A stretch of 64,000 nt of DNA from Gemmatimonadales bacterium (GCA_041577295.1 JBFGJG010000012.1:1-64000); one strand, 5' to 3'; shown: positions 54,383 through 64,000, counted from the first letter of the stretch. Translations and numbers: made by a program. Notes: a model not told the origin generated them from the letters alone.

Positions 54383-56094
54383 CGCTGGTCCAACCACGTG
54401 TACGATGGCGGGTCTCCGCGCCCGCCGATCCAGAACAAGCCCGGGGACTGGCCAGCGAGCTGCAGATTCCCACGGCTCTCGCCGCGATGCTCATACAGCG
54501 GGGCTTCGAGACCGTCCCGGTGGCCAAGCAGTTTCTCAAACCTTCCCTCGACGACCTGTCCGACCCGTTTCTCATGCGGGGGATGGAGCATGCTGTGGGT
54601 GTCATCGCGAAGGCCGTGCGCGATGGTCGCCCCATCCTGGTACACGGCGATTACGATGTCGACGGTCAGTGTGCGACGGCCCTGCTCACCCGCGTATTGC
54701 GGGAGGTGGGTGCCTCGGTCGTTCCGTTTATCCCCCACCGGCTCCGCGACGGCTATGACTTTGGCGCGGCGGGTCTCACCGTCGCGCGTCAACACGATGC
54801 CGGGTTGATCATCACGTGCGACTGCGGCACCACCGCGCTCGCGCCCGTGGCTGAGGCGCGCGCCGAGGGCCGGAGCGTCATTGTCACCGATCACCACCTG
54901 CCGTCGGGGCAGCTGCCGGATGCCGACGCCGTGTTGAATCCGCAGCAGCCGGACTGTGCGTGCCCGGCGCCAGAGCTCTGCGGGGCTGGCGTTGCGTTCA
55001 AGCTTGCACAGGCCCTCGTGGCAGAGTTGAAGCTCCCGCTCAATCTCCCATACCACCTGCTCGATCTCGTCGCGCTTGCGACCGTTGCCGATGTCGTTCC
55101 GCTCGTGCGTGAGAACCGTGTCCTGGTCCGGTATGGGCTCCGACTCCTCCCCAGCACGCGATGGCCGGGCCTACGGGCGCTGCTCGAAGTGGCGGGTTTG
55201 ACGGGCCGCAGCATTCGGGCGGGGCAGGTAGGGTTTATCCTCGCACCACGGCTCAACGCCGCGGGCCGTATTGGCGAGCCGATGGACGGTCTCAACTTGC
55301 TGCTGAGCGACGATCCGGACGACGCGCTCGGTCAGGCGCAGAAGCTGGACAAGCTCAACACGCAACGGCAAGCGATGGATCAGGAGATCCTGACACAGGC
55401 GATCGAGACGGTCGAGCAAACCGTGGATCTCACGCACGATTACGGCCTGGTGCTGGCGCGGGATGCGTGGCATCCGGGCGTCATCGGCATCGTGGCATCG
55501 CGCGTGGTGGAGCGCTACGCTCGCCCAACCATCCTGGTCGCGCTCGAGGGCGAGGAAGGGCGGGGCTCCGGACGCAGCATCCCCGGGTTCGATCTCCATG
55601 GTGCCCTCACTGCCTGCGCCGCGCACTTAACCCGCTACGGGGGCCACCGCATGGCGGCAGGGCTCTCGCTTCACCGCGACCGCATCGACGCGTTCCGCGA
55701 CGCCTTCAACGAAGCTGCGCGAAGCTCTCTGTCGGAAGAGGACCTCATCCCGGTCCAACGAATAGATGTGATCGTTACTGTGGACCAACTGGATGAGCGG
55801 CTCGAGCGACTGCTGCGGTATCTCGAGCCGTGCGGACCGGGGAACCCGGGGGCGGTACTCGGTGTGGTGGGTGGTGAAGCGCGCAATCCAGGCATCGTTG
55901 GGACCAACCACGTGAAGTTCCTGCTTGCCGATGCGACCGGATCGATCGAGAGTATCGGGTTTGGCTGGGGGGAACGTCTCCCCGAAGATTGGTGGCGCGA
56001 GCGGGTGGACGTGGCCCTCAGGCTCGAGCGAGACGAATGGGGCATGCATCCGCGCTTGCAGGCCCGGATCGTCGACGTGCAACGTGGCGATTGA
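54379..56094 (+). CDS. recJ: ssDNA exonuclease RecJ
   Basis: GDYDVDG, TCDCG, TDHH, TVADVVPL, PRLNAAGR, GGHRMAAG. Confidence 0.96.
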   Translation: MTLVQPRVRWRVSAPADPEQARGLASELQIPTALAAMLIQRGFETVPVAKQFLKPSLDDLSDPFLMRGMEHAVGVIAKAVRDGRPILVHGDYDVDGQCATALLTRVLREVGASVVPFIPHRLRDGYDFGAAGLTVARQHDAGLIITCDCGTTALAPVAEARAEGRSVIVTDHHLPSGQLPDADAVLNPQQPDCACPAPELCGAGVAFKLAQALVAELKLPLNLPYHLLDLVALATVADVVPLVRENRVLVRYGLRLLPSTRWPGLRALLEVAGLTGRSIRAGQVGFILAPRLNAAGRIGEPMDGLNLLLSDDPDDALGQAQKLDKLNTQRQAMDQEILTQAIETVEQTVDLTHDYGLVLARDAWHPGVIGIVASRVVERYARPTILVALEGEEGRGSGRSIPGFDLHGALTACAAHLTRYGGHRMAAGLSLHRDRIDAFRDAFNEAARSSLSEEDLIPVQRIDVIVTVDQLDERLERLLRYLEPCGPGNPGAVLGVVGGEARNPGIVGTNHVKFLLADATGSIESIGFGWGERLPEDWWRERVDVALRLERDEWGMHPRLQARIVDVQRGD

Positions 56095-56609
56095 TGCGGA
56101 TCATCGCCGGCGAGTTCAGGGGACGGAGGCTCGCACCGCCGGCGGGTAGCCATGCCCGACCAACGGCAGATCGCGTGCGCGAGGCTTGGTTCAGCATCAT
56201 TGGGTCGGCGATCGCCGAGGCGACCGTACTGGATATCTGCGCGGGGTCGGGCGCGCTCGGCTTGGAAGCCCTTTCTCGGGGAGCGGCCCACGCCGATTTC
56301 GTGGAATCCGCCAGCGCATCACTCCGAGCGCTTCGGGCCAATATCGCCGCATTGGGCGTCGAGGATCGGGCCACCGTCCACCGGGCGGACGCTGTCCGGT
56401 TCGTCGACACCCTGCCCGAGCATGCGTATGACATCGCGCTGGCTGATCCGCCGTACGCCTCAGACCTCGCGGCGCGGCTCGTGGAGATCTTTCACGCCCG
56501 TCCTTTTGCGCGCATGCTTGCCGTGGAGCATCGTGCAGGGATACCCATTCCCGGTGGTGAGACCCGCCGGTACGGAGACGTTGCCCTGACCTTCTGTCAC
56601 GCACCATGA
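56094..56609 (+). CDS. rsmD: 16S rRNA m2G966 methyltransferase RsmD
   Basis: MRIIAGEFRGRRL, RPTADRVREA, GSGALGLEALSRGA, DPPY. Confidence 0.93.
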   Translation: MRIIAGEFRGRRLAPPAGSHARPTADRVREAWFSIIGSAIAEATVLDICAGSGALGLEALSRGAAHADFVESASASLRALRANIAALGVEDRATVHRADAVRFVDTLPEHAYDIALADPPYASDLAARLVEIFHARPFARMLAVEHRAGIPIPGGETRRYGDVALTFCHAP

Positions 56610-57088
56610 CCCGAATTGCCATCTACCCTGGCTCATTCGACCCGGTTACCCGAGGTCACGAAGATCTCATCCGTCGAGCGCTGCACTTCGCCGATCGGGT
56701 CATCGTGGCGGTCGCAGTGAACCCCGGAAAGCAACCGCTGTTCTCCCTCGACGAGCGCGTCGAGCTGCTGCGCGTCGTGCTAGAGGGCGAGCGCCACGTG
56801 GACGTTCGCTCCTTCGATGGGTTGTTAGCGAACTTCGCGCGTGCCAATGGTGCGAAGATCATCATCCGTGGTTTGCGGGCCGTTTCCGACTTCGACTACG
56901 AATCCCAGATGGCTCTGATGAACCGAAAGCTCTTCCCAGAGCTGGAGACCGTCTTTCTAGTGCCGGCTGTTCACCTGACGTATCTCAGCTCGAGCATCGT
57001 CCGAGAAGTGGCCCACCTCGGTGGCGACGTTAGCGCGTTCGTACACCCCGCCGTCGTTAGCGCGCTGGCAGAGAAGTTTGCCCGGTGA
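56606..57088 (+). CDS. coaD: Pantetheine-phosphate adenylyltransferase
   Basis: YPGSFDPVTRGH, RGLRAVSDFDYE, LSSSIVRE. Confidence 0.97.
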   Translation: MTRIAIYPGSFDPVTRGHEDLIRRALHFADRVIVAVAVNPGKQPLFSLDERVELLRVVLEGERHVDVRSFDGLLANFARANGAKIIIRGLRAVSDFDYESQMALMNRKLFPELETVFLVPAVHLTYLSSSIVREVAHLGGDVSAFVHPAVVSALAEKFAR

Positions 57089-58068
57089 CGTTTCGGGAGC
57101 AGCTCCACCGGCGAGCCGCCGCATTCGGCGGTCGGGTGGTGCTCGCCGAGGGCTGGGATCAGCGGGTGCAAGAGGCCGCACGGGTCATCGAACACGAGGG
57201 CATCGCGGCCGTGCAAACGCTGCCAGCGACGATCACCGCTGGTGAGCATTTGGACCAGGTCGCAGAGCTGTTGGCGGCGCGCAAGCCGGAGAAAGTGCGC
57301 GATTTGGCCCACGCGCGCGCCCTCGCCGCCGATCCGCTCCGGTTTGCCGCGGGACTGGTGGCCCTCGGCGTCGTGGATGCCGCGGTGGCGGGTGCGACCC
57401 GTCCGACGGCCGATGTGCTCCGCGCCGCCCTGTGGGCGATCGGACCTGCAGACGGGATTACCACCGTGAGCAGCGCCTTTTACATGGCGTTCGACCACTC
57501 TCCGATTCCCAACTCCCGTGGAAGCCAGGGGGGTGGGTCGGTGCTCACCTTCACCGACTGTGCTGTCGTGCCGGATCCCGACCCCCAGCAACTGGCCGAG
57601 ATCGCCTGGGCGGCTGCTCGAGACCGGCGGCTCATTGTGGGGGACGAGGCCGTGGTCGCGTTTCTCTCCTACAGTACCCACGGAAGTGCCGGCGGACCCC
57701 GCGTCGAGAAGGTCCGTCAGGGGGTCGAGCGGTTCCGGGAGTTGGCCCCGGGCGTGCCGTCCGACGGCGAGCTCCAGGGTGATGCTGCTTTGGTGCCGGA
57801 GATCGCCCTCCGGAAGGCCGCGGGCTCGCCGGCGGCTGGGAAGGCGAATGTTCTTGTGTTTCCTGACCTTGACAGCGGGAACATTGCGTACAAACTGGTG
57901 CAGCGTTTGGCTGGTGCGAGCGCTACCGGGCCAATCGTACAGGGCCTCGCGCAGCCGATGGCGGATCTCTCGAGGGGCGCTACGGCTGCCGACGTCGTGG
58001 ACGTGGCAGCGGCGGCCCTCTTACAAGCCGCCGGCCGTGTTCTGGGTTCCCCCGCGGAGGATGTATGA
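57085..58068 (+). CDS. pta: Phosphate acetyltransferase (short PTA/PTB type)
   Basis: DCAVVPDP, LSYST, DGELQ.DAA, ANVLVFPDLDSGNIAYKLVQR, DLSRG. Confidence 0.9.
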   Translation: MTFREQLHRRAAAFGGRVVLAEGWDQRVQEAARVIEHEGIAAVQTLPATITAGEHLDQVAELLAARKPEKVRDLAHARALAADPLRFAAGLVALGVVDAAVAGATRPTADVLRAALWAIGPADGITTVSSAFYMAFDHSPIPNSRGSQGGGSVLTFTDCAVVPDPDPQQLAEIAWAAARDRRLIVGDEAVVAFLSYSTHGSAGGPRVEKVRQGVERFRELAPGVPSDGELQGDAALVPEIALRKAAGSPAAGKANVLVFPDLDSGNIAYKLVQRLAGASATGPIVQGLAQPMADLSRGATAADVVDVAAAALLQAAGRVLGSPAEDV

Positions 58069-58412
58069 GTTTCAGCGTACGGAAGGATGACGGGAGCGGC
58101 GTAGTCGTTGTCAATATCGATGGTCAGCTAATCGTCGGTAACCGTCATGAGCTCAAACAGAAGATCCTGGATGCCCTGCAGTCGGGCGAGAAACGATTCG
58201 TCATCGACTTCACACGCACCGGGTACATCGATTCATCCGGCCTGGGGGTTTTGGTCTCCCTCTCCAAGAAGATTCGGGAAGTTGGGGGTGATCTGCGCCT
58301 GGCCGGTCTCAACGAGGACCTCCACACACTCTTCGAGTTGACGAAGCTCGATACGCTCTTCGCGATCGTCGACTCGACGGAAGACGCACTCGCCGCCTTT
58401 CAGCAGCGGTGA
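58065..58412 (+). CDS. STAS-domain anti-sigma factor antagonist (RsbV/SpoIIAA-like)
   Basis: YIDSSGLGVL phospho-Ser motif, LFELTKLD. Confidence 0.92.
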   Translation: MSFSVRKDDGSGVVVVNIDGQLIVGNRHELKQKILDALQSGEKRFVIDFTRTGYIDSSGLGVLVSLSKKIREVGGDLRLAGLNEDLHTLFELTKLDTLFAIVDSTEDALAAFQQR

Positions 58413-58879
58413 CCGCACCTCTTCGCCTGTGTGTCCGGAGGTCGGCCAGCCACGGCGCAGACGGTTCGAAACCGCCAGGAGCGTTTGCAATCCGCGTTCC
58501 GACGACGCTCGACGTCATCGAAGAGGCGGTCGACCTGGTCGCACGTCACTGCCTCGCACGGGGGCTCACTCCACGACAAGTGCGATTCCACTTGCGGGTG
58601 GCGCTGTCGGAGGCGTTGACCAACGCCATCGTTTATGGCAACGCCATGGATCCGGCAAAAGAAGTCGATGTCCGCGTTGAGGTGCGCGAGTCGGCTTTTG
58701 CGATTCACGTGAGTGACGAAGGCGGCGGGTTCGATCCGTCGAATATTCCCGACCCCACCGATCCTGATCGCATCGAGCGGGTCGATGGGCGCGGGCTCTT
58801 CCTCATCCGCCAACTGGCAGACGAAGTTCACTTCAACGAGCGGGGAAACGCGATCTGCATGATCATGCGTTGCGCCTAG
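58409..58879 (+). CDS. RsbW-like anti-sigma factor / Ser kinase (HATPase_c_2)
   Basis: EALTNAIVYGN, VSDEGGGFD, GRGLFLIRQLADEV. Confidence 0.9.
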   Translation: MTAPLRLCVRRSASHGADGSKPPGAFAIRVPTTLDVIEEAVDLVARHCLARGLTPRQVRFHLRVALSEALTNAIVYGNAMDPAKEVDVRVEVRESAFAIHVSDEGGGFDPSNIPDPTDPDRIERVDGRGLFLIRQLADEVHFNERGNAICMIMRCA

Positions 58880-60456
58880 AGCGGCTCGACGCAATCCTCC
58901 AATCTCTCGGTTCACTCGTCGGGTGTCGTCTACGGCTCTGGCGGCTCGGCCGGGGTCGTCTCCGGCCCGTCGTTGGCTGTGACGGGGTCCCGCCGCCGCC
59001 GGTGGATGCGGTTCCCGATGGGCCGGTGCATCCGACGGATCCCAGCCGGTGGGTTGCTGCCATCCCGGGCGATGGGGGGTATTGGTTCGAGATCGTCGAT
59101 CCGACGGGCGATCCCTCGGACGCAGGAGCCGTGTTGGGTCCACTGCTCGCGGACCTGGTGAAGGCCGAAGAGGACACGCTCCGTCTTGCCAAGCAACTCA
59201 CCGCGCGCTACGAGGAAATCGAACTGCTCTACACGATCAGCGAGATCCTCGGTCGGACCATTGACCTCGAAGAGGCGGCCCAGACCATCCTCGAGGCGGT
59301 CAGTAGTGTGGTGGGGGCGACACGAGCCTCGATTCTCGTCCACGACCACCGCTCTCGCGTGCTTCGCCCGGTGGCCGAGCTGGGGCGCGACATCAAAGAG
59401 TTTGGGCCGCTTCCCGTCGACGATCCACATTCGATCGCGGCCCAAGTGTTTCGCGAAGCCCGCGTGATCAGTTACGACCCGCGTGACCCAACGGCATCGG
59501 CGCCAGATGCCGGGACGGAAAGGGCGTATCGGGGATCGGCGTTTCTCTCGGTACCCATCATATATCCGCAACCCGAGGGAGAACCCCGCCCCATCGGTGT
59601 CATCAACCTCACCGATCGCGTCGGCACCGACGCCTTCAGCGGAGGAGAACGCCGTCTCGTCGTCGCCATCGCGAGTCAGATCGGGGCAGCAATCGAAAAT
59701 GCCCGACTTATCGACCGTGACCTCGCTCGACAGCGCTTTCAGCAGGAGCTCGAGTTTGCGCATGACCTTCAGATGAAGTTGCTCCCAGCGCCGGGGCTCC
59801 TTGGACCGAGCGTGGATGCCGCCGCGGCATGTCGTCCGGCTGAGACGGTGGGCGGTGATTTCTACACGTTCGTTCCGTTGGGTGGGCGGCACGTCGGCGT
59901 CATGCTGGGAGACGTTTCCTCGCACGGCTTTGGCGCTGCCCTGGTCATGGCGCTGGCGCTCTCGGCGGCGGCCATTCACAGCGCCGAGGGCGCGTCACCC
60001 GATGAGACGCTCCGGCGCCTTCTCCGATCGCTCGCCGACGACTTGGCCGAAACCGAAATGCATCTTTCACTCTTCTATGCCGTGGTGATGCCGGAGCGAG
60101 GTGTGCTGCATTACGCCAACGCTGGGCACCCCCACGCGTTCCGTGTCACCGCCGAGGGGGCCGTGCATCGCCTGGCCGCGACCTCGCCGCCACTTGGGCT
60201 GGCGGGCGAGGAGACGATCACTGCTTCTGAGTCCCGGTGGATCGCCGGGAGCGATCTCCTCGTCCTTCTCTCGGATGGAATCATCGATGCACAGGACGCG
60301 GGTGACGAACGTTTCGGTGAGCGTCGAGCCCTCGACATCGTCATCGCCCGGCGGATGGAGGGCAGCCAGGCCGTTGTCGATGCCGTTCTCACGGCGGCGT
60401 CTGAGTACCAAGCAGGCCGGGGCGACGACCGGACGATTCTGGTGCTGCGGACCTGA
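58870..60456 (+). CDS. GAF + PP2C (SpoIIE/RsbU-like) phosphatase
   Basis: GAF segment; VGGDFY, GDVSSHG, YANAGHP, SDGIID, DDRT. Confidence 0.9.
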   Translation: MRLERLDAILQSLGSLVGCRLRLWRLGRGRLRPVVGCDGVPPPPVDAVPDGPVHPTDPSRWVAAIPGDGGYWFEIVDPTGDPSDAGAVLGPLLADLVKAEEDTLRLAKQLTARYEEIELLYTISEILGRTIDLEEAAQTILEAVSSVVGATRASILVHDHRSRVLRPVAELGRDIKEFGPLPVDDPHSIAAQVFREARVISYDPRDPTASAPDAGTERAYRGSAFLSVPIIYPQPEGEPRPIGVINLTDRVGTDAFSGGERRLVVAIASQIGAAIENARLIDRDLARQRFQQELEFAHDLQMKLLPAPGLLGPSVDAAAACRPAETVGGDFYTFVPLGGRHVGVMLGDVSSHGFGAALVMALALSAAAIHSAEGASPDETLRRLLRSLADDLAETEMHLSLFYAVVMPERGVLHYANAGHPHAFRVTAEGAVHRLAATSPPLGLAGEETITASESRWIAGSDLLVLLSDGIIDAQDAGDERFGERRALDIVIARRMEGSQAVVDAVLTAASEYQAGRGDDRTILVLRT

Positions 60457-61248
60457 GTGCCACGACGGCTCGGTCAGCACTTTCTTTCGGATCCCCGCAT
60501 CCTCGATCGCATGGTGGATGCGCTGGACCCCACTTCAGCAGATCGTGTGATCGAAATCGGGCCCGGGAAGGGGAGCCTGACGCGGCGGTTGGCCGTGCGC
60601 GTGGCCGTCGTTGTGGCCATTGAGAAAGACGAGAGGCTCGCCGCAGCGCTGACGTCCACCGAGATGCCCGGCAACGTGCGGATCGTCACCGGTGACGCGC
60701 TTCGTCTCGACTGGGCGAGCCTGGTGAGCAGCGGGAACACGTCATTGCGGCCGTTCAAGGTGATCGGCAACATCCCGTACTACGCGACGTCGCCACTGAT
60801 CGAGAAGGCACTCACGCCACCCCTGCCAACGGTCATCGTTTTCCTCATCCAGCGGGAGGTCGCGGATCGGCTCGTCGCGCAGCCTGGGTCAAGAGCGTTT
60901 GGTGCGCTCACCGTAGGTGTCCGTGTGCTGGCCGATGTCGAACCTGTCTTCCGCGTCCCGGCTGGGGCGTTTCGGCCACGCCCCCAGGTCGACTCGGCGG
61001 GTGTCCGCTTCCGCCCCCTGCCGCAACCGCTGGTCGACCCCATGGACCACCGTGCGTTTCGGACCTTCGTAAACGCGCTGTTCAGTCGGCGACGCAAGCA
61101 GCTGATCGGGAGCCTTCAGGCCGTCGCGACAAAAAGCCGAGACGAAGTCTCCCACCTTCTGGCAACCCTCGATGTGGATCCAACCGCCCGCGCCGAAATG
61201 CTCAGCCCACAGACATTTGTGCGTTTGTTTCACTCGTTTGCTCGTTGA
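60457..61248 (+). CDS. rsmA: 16S rRNA dimethyltransferase RsmA/KsgA
   Basis: LGQHFL, EIGPGKG, GNIPY, QREVADR, PRPQVDS, RRKQL. Confidence 0.96.
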   Translation: MPRRLGQHFLSDPRILDRMVDALDPTSADRVIEIGPGKGSLTRRLAVRVAVVVAIEKDERLAAALTSTEMPGNVRIVTGDALRLDWASLVSSGNTSLRPFKVIGNIPYYATSPLIEKALTPPLPTVIVFLIQREVADRLVAQPGSRAFGALTVGVRVLADVEPVFRVPAGAFRPRPQVDSAGVRFRPLPQPLVDPMDHRAFRTFVNALFSRRRKQLIGSLQAVATKSRDEVSHLLATLDVDPTARAEMLSPQTFVRLFHSFAR

Positions 61249-61274
61249 CGCGACGCAACGGGGTCGTGTAAATT
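61245..61274 (+). promoter_or_regulatory. Probable sigma70 promoter for rex
   Basis: TTGACG-N18-TAAATT; the -10 overlaps the Rex operator. Confidence 0.6.
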
Positions 61275-61290
61275 GTGAAAAAATTCACAA
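61273..61290. promoter_or_regulatory. Rex operator
   Basis: TTGTGAA-AAAA-TTCACAA, a perfect match to the Rex consensus, 6 nt before the rex start. Confidence 0.92.
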
Positions 61291-61296
61291 TATCGA

Positions 61297-61917
61297 ATGC
61301 CAAAGATCGCGGAGTCCACCGTTCGGAGACTGTCCCTGTATCTCCGTTTCCTCGAGGAGTTTGAGGAACAGGGGATCCAGACGGTCAGCTCCGAGGCCCT
61401 CGCGGCCCGTGGTGGAACCACATCGGCACAGGTGCGCAAGGACTTGTCGTTCTTTGGCTCCTTCGGCAAACGCGGTCTGGGCTACTCGGTGCCCGAGCTC
61501 GTCACCCGGCTCCGCGACATCCTCGGGCTCAGGCGGACGTATCGTGTCGCGGTGATTGGCGCTGGCAAGATGGGGAGCGCGCTCGCCCAGTACCGTGGCT
61601 TCACGCAGCGGGGGTTTCACATCGCGGCCGTCTACGATTCGGATCCCACCAAGACGGGGAAGGTCTGGAACGGTTTGCGCATCCGTCACGCGAAGGATCT
61701 AGAACGCGATCTGAGCAAAGAGCAGGTTGACATTGCGATCATCGTGACCCCCGCCGAGAGCGCGCAGGGCATGGCCGAACGGCTGGTGCGAGTAGGGGTT
61801 CGGGCCATCCTGAATTTCGCGCCGGTGCGGTTAGACGTCCCCGACTCCGTCACCGTCAAGAATGTGAATATGGCTCTCGAGCTTGAGGCATTGAGTTTCG
61901 CACTGCGAAATCAATAG
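61297..61917 (+). CDS. rex: Redox-sensing transcriptional repressor Rex
   Basis: TVRRLSLY, SAQVRKDLSFFGSFGKRGLGY, GAGKMG, ILNFAP. Confidence 0.96.
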   Translation: MPKIAESTVRRLSLYLRFLEEFEEQGIQTVSSEALAARGGTTSAQVRKDLSFFGSFGKRGLGYSVPELVTRLRDILGLRRTYRVAVIGAGKMGSALAQYRGFTQRGFHIAAVYDSDPTKTGKVWNGLRIRHAKDLERDLSKEQVDIAIIVTPAESAQGMAERLVRVGVRAILNFAPVRLDVPDSVTVKNVNMALELEALSFALRNQ

Positions 61918-61925
61918 ATTCGTCC

Positions 61926-63158
61926 ATGCCTCCCGTTCAGGTGACCTCGGAGATCGGCCCCTTGCGGGCCGTCTTGGTACATACGCCTGGCAAAGAACTC
62001 ATCGCCGTCACTCCCGGAACCCGTAAAGACTACCTCTACTCCGACATCGTCGATGTCGAGTTCGCCCAGCGCGAACATCGCAGGCTGTACGCGGTGCTCG
62101 AGCGGTTTGCGGAGACGCTGGAGTTCACGACGCTGTTGCGTGATGTCCTAGAGCGACCCGAAGTTCGGGATTTTCTGATCGCACGAACCACGGACATCAT
62201 CCCATCTCAGGATCTCGCGCGTCGCCTCGCGGAGATGCCCTCTGCGGAGTTGGTGCGCCGGCTCGTTGAGGGGGCGGAGGAAGATCCGGGTCCGATCGCG
62301 GCGGCGCTGAATGAGGACGGTTTCACCCTCCCACCCGTGCCGAATCTCTTCTTTACGCGGGATCTGGGGATCGTGCTAGGTGACTACGTGGTCATCGGCT
62401 CAATGCGTCACGGCTCCCGGTGGAGCGAAGAGCTGCTGGTCAAGATGCTCTTCTGCTTCCATCCAAAGTTGGAGAATGCCGGCATTCTGTACGACGGTTC
62501 TGAGGAGCGACGATTGACCTACAGCCTCGAAGGAGGTGATGTGCACCCCCTCCGGGACGATCTGCTGCTCATGGGTTTCAGTGCCCGCTCCAGTCCTGCC
62601 GCGCTAGATCTCCTATGTGACATCGTCTTCGAACGCACAGCGATCACCGATGTGCTCGTCGTCGTCTTGCCCGGGGTCCGCTCGGCCATTCACCTCGACA
62701 TGATCTTCACCCAGGTCGACGAGGAGCAGTGCGTCGTCTATCCACCGTGTTTCATCGGCCCGCAGCGGCTCGCGGTGCTTCACCGACGCAAGGGAAGCAA
62801 GACCGTTGAAGTCGTGTCCAATCTGTTCAGCGCGCTCCAGGCGTTGAACTTCTCACTCAACCCCATCTTCTGTGGCGGGCGGCGCCGCGCTGTGCAGGAC
62901 CGCGAGCAGTGGGCGTCGGGTTGCAACATGCTCGCGGTCAGGCCCGGGCTCGCACTCGCGTACAAGCGCAACGACGCGACGCTCAAGGAGCTCGAGAAAG
63001 CGGGCTTTGTCGTGGTCGACGCCGTCGACTTTCTCACGGGGGACGCCTCGATCGACGCCGACCAGCGCGCGGTCATTACGATCGAGGGTAGCGAGTTGGT
63101 CCGGGGTGGTGGAGGGCCGCGTTGCATGACGCTTCCGCTACAGAGGGAGGCGCTGTGA
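61926..63158 (+). CDS. arcA: Arginine deiminase
   Basis: VTSEIGPL, NLFFTRD, LEGGD, HLD, EQW, SELVRGGGGPRCMT. Confidence 0.9.
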   Translation: MPPVQVTSEIGPLRAVLVHTPGKELIAVTPGTRKDYLYSDIVDVEFAQREHRRLYAVLERFAETLEFTTLLRDVLERPEVRDFLIARTTDIIPSQDLARRLAEMPSAELVRRLVEGAEEDPGPIAAALNEDGFTLPPVPNLFFTRDLGIVLGDYVVIGSMRHGSRWSEELLVKMLFCFHPKLENAGILYDGSEERRLTYSLEGGDVHPLRDDLLLMGFSARSSPAALDLLCDIVFERTAITDVLVVVLPGVRSAIHLDMIFTQVDEEQCVVYPPCFIGPQRLAVLHRRKGSKTVEVVSNLFSALQALNFSLNPIFCGGRRRAVQDREQWASGCNMLAVRPGLALAYKRNDATLKELEKAGFVVVDAVDFLTGDASIDADQRAVITIEGSELVRGGGGPRCMTLPLQREAL

Positions 63159-64000
63159 ATTTCGCCGGGATTCGTACGCTCAGCGAGGGCACGTTGGTCG
63201 ATCGGGCACTCGAGCTGCTAGGAAGCGGTCCCACCGATTCCAAGACCATCGCCCGCGACGTGCTTGGTCTCAACAGGTTTCAGGCGAGCGTCGCTGAACG
63301 CCTGGCGGTAGCGTTGCTGGGTGCCGATCCCCGCGTTGGACGGATGGGCGATGGGCGGTGGGTGCTCGTGAGTGAAGCGTACGCGTCGCCGCGCCTCTCG
63401 GATTGCACCTTCGCGGTCGTCGACGTCGAAACGACCGGGAGCAGGCCTTCCGGTGACCGTGTCGTCGAGATCGCGGTCGTCACGGTGTCCGGTGAGCGGA
63501 TCACGCGCGTGCTCGACGCCCTCGTGAACCCACAACGGCCGATCCCCCTGCGGGTGACCTCGCTCACCAGGATCACTCGGGAGATGGTGCGGGACAAACC
63601 GCCGTTCTCGGCGATCGCCTCCGACGTGGTCAGCGCGCTCGCCGGACGCGTTTTTGTTGCGCACAACCTGCGGTTCGACTGGCGCTTCGTCGTCAACGAG
63701 ATCACCCGTGCGCGTGACGTGATGCTCGATGGGCCCCGTTTGTGCACAGTCAGCTTGGCGAGGCGGTTGGTGCCGGGACTTCGTTCCCGCAGCCTCGACA
63801 GTTTGGCCTCGTACTTTGGCATTCAGATCGTTGCGCGGCACCGTGCCGGGGGCGATGCCTTGGCCACCGCGCACGTCCTGAAACACCTCATTGCCATCGC
63901 GCAGGATCGGGGGGCGATGCGTCTCATCGACCTGCATCGGCTTGGCCGTCCCGCCGGACGCCGCCGGCGCAAACGCACCGCGCTGCCCACGGCCATCCAA
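63155..64000 (+). CDS. DEDDh 3'-5' exonuclease (DNA polymerase III epsilon-like), 3'-partial; absent from the ORF track
   Basis: GTG 63155 after GGAGG; translated by hand: FAVVDVETTG, VAHNLRFD, CTVSLARR, HRAGGDA; frame open to the window end. Confidence 0.9.
   Translation, partial: MNFAGIRTLSEGTLVDRALELLGSGPTDSKTIARDVLGLNRFQASVAERLAVALLGADPRVGRMGDGRWVLVSEAYASPRLSDCTFAVVDVETTGSRPSGDRVVEIAVVTVSGERITRVLDALVNPQRPIPLRVTSLTRITREMVRDKPPFSAIASDVVSALAGRVFVAHNLRFDWRFVVNEITRARDVMLDGPRLCTVSLARRLVPGLRSRSLDSLASYFGIQIVARHRAGGDALATAHVLKHLIAIAQDRGAMRLIDLHRLGRPAGRRRRKRTALPTAIQ

Noticed and set aside
63218..64000. 260-aa and 180-aa minus-strand ORFs at the window end
   Set aside because: The plus strand encodes a clear DEDDh exonuclease across this interval

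Overview
GC-rich bacterial chromosome segment. The gene order of the core half suggests Gemmatimonadota, but this is an inference and was not verified. Left ~39 kb: a large MacAB-TolC-type export locus containing a periplasmic adaptor (partial), two ABC ATPases, a Cyc2-like monoheme cytochrome-porin, 11 tandem plus 1 further ~800-aa duplicated MacB/FtsX (ADOP-type) permeases, a TolC, an NtrC-type sigma54 response regulator and a histidine kinase with no periplasmic sensor domain. Three intergenic regions (upstream of 4332, 14520 and 32053) share one promoter layout with near-identical spacing: a 35-bp inverted-repeat upstream site, an IHF-like AT-rich element and an exact sigma54 -24/-12 box. 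This suggests a self-regulating sigma54 regulon for the permease array. One leader can fold into a perfect four-way junction, and most permease spacers are built from degenerate 7-8-nt purine-rich repeats. Right ~25 kb: mostly housekeeping genes (FkbM methyltransferase, asparaginase II, obgE, dprA, radical SAM, glycosyltransferase, hemW, hrcA, dnaJ, HIT, rpsU, mutS2, dnaG, Zn-ribbon protein, recJ, rsmD, coaD, pta, an RsbV/W/U-like module, rsmA, rex with a perfect Rex operator, arcA and a partial DEDDh exonuclease). No rRNA, tRNA, CRISPR array or mobile element was seen. All calls come from reading motifs by eye; no searches were run.
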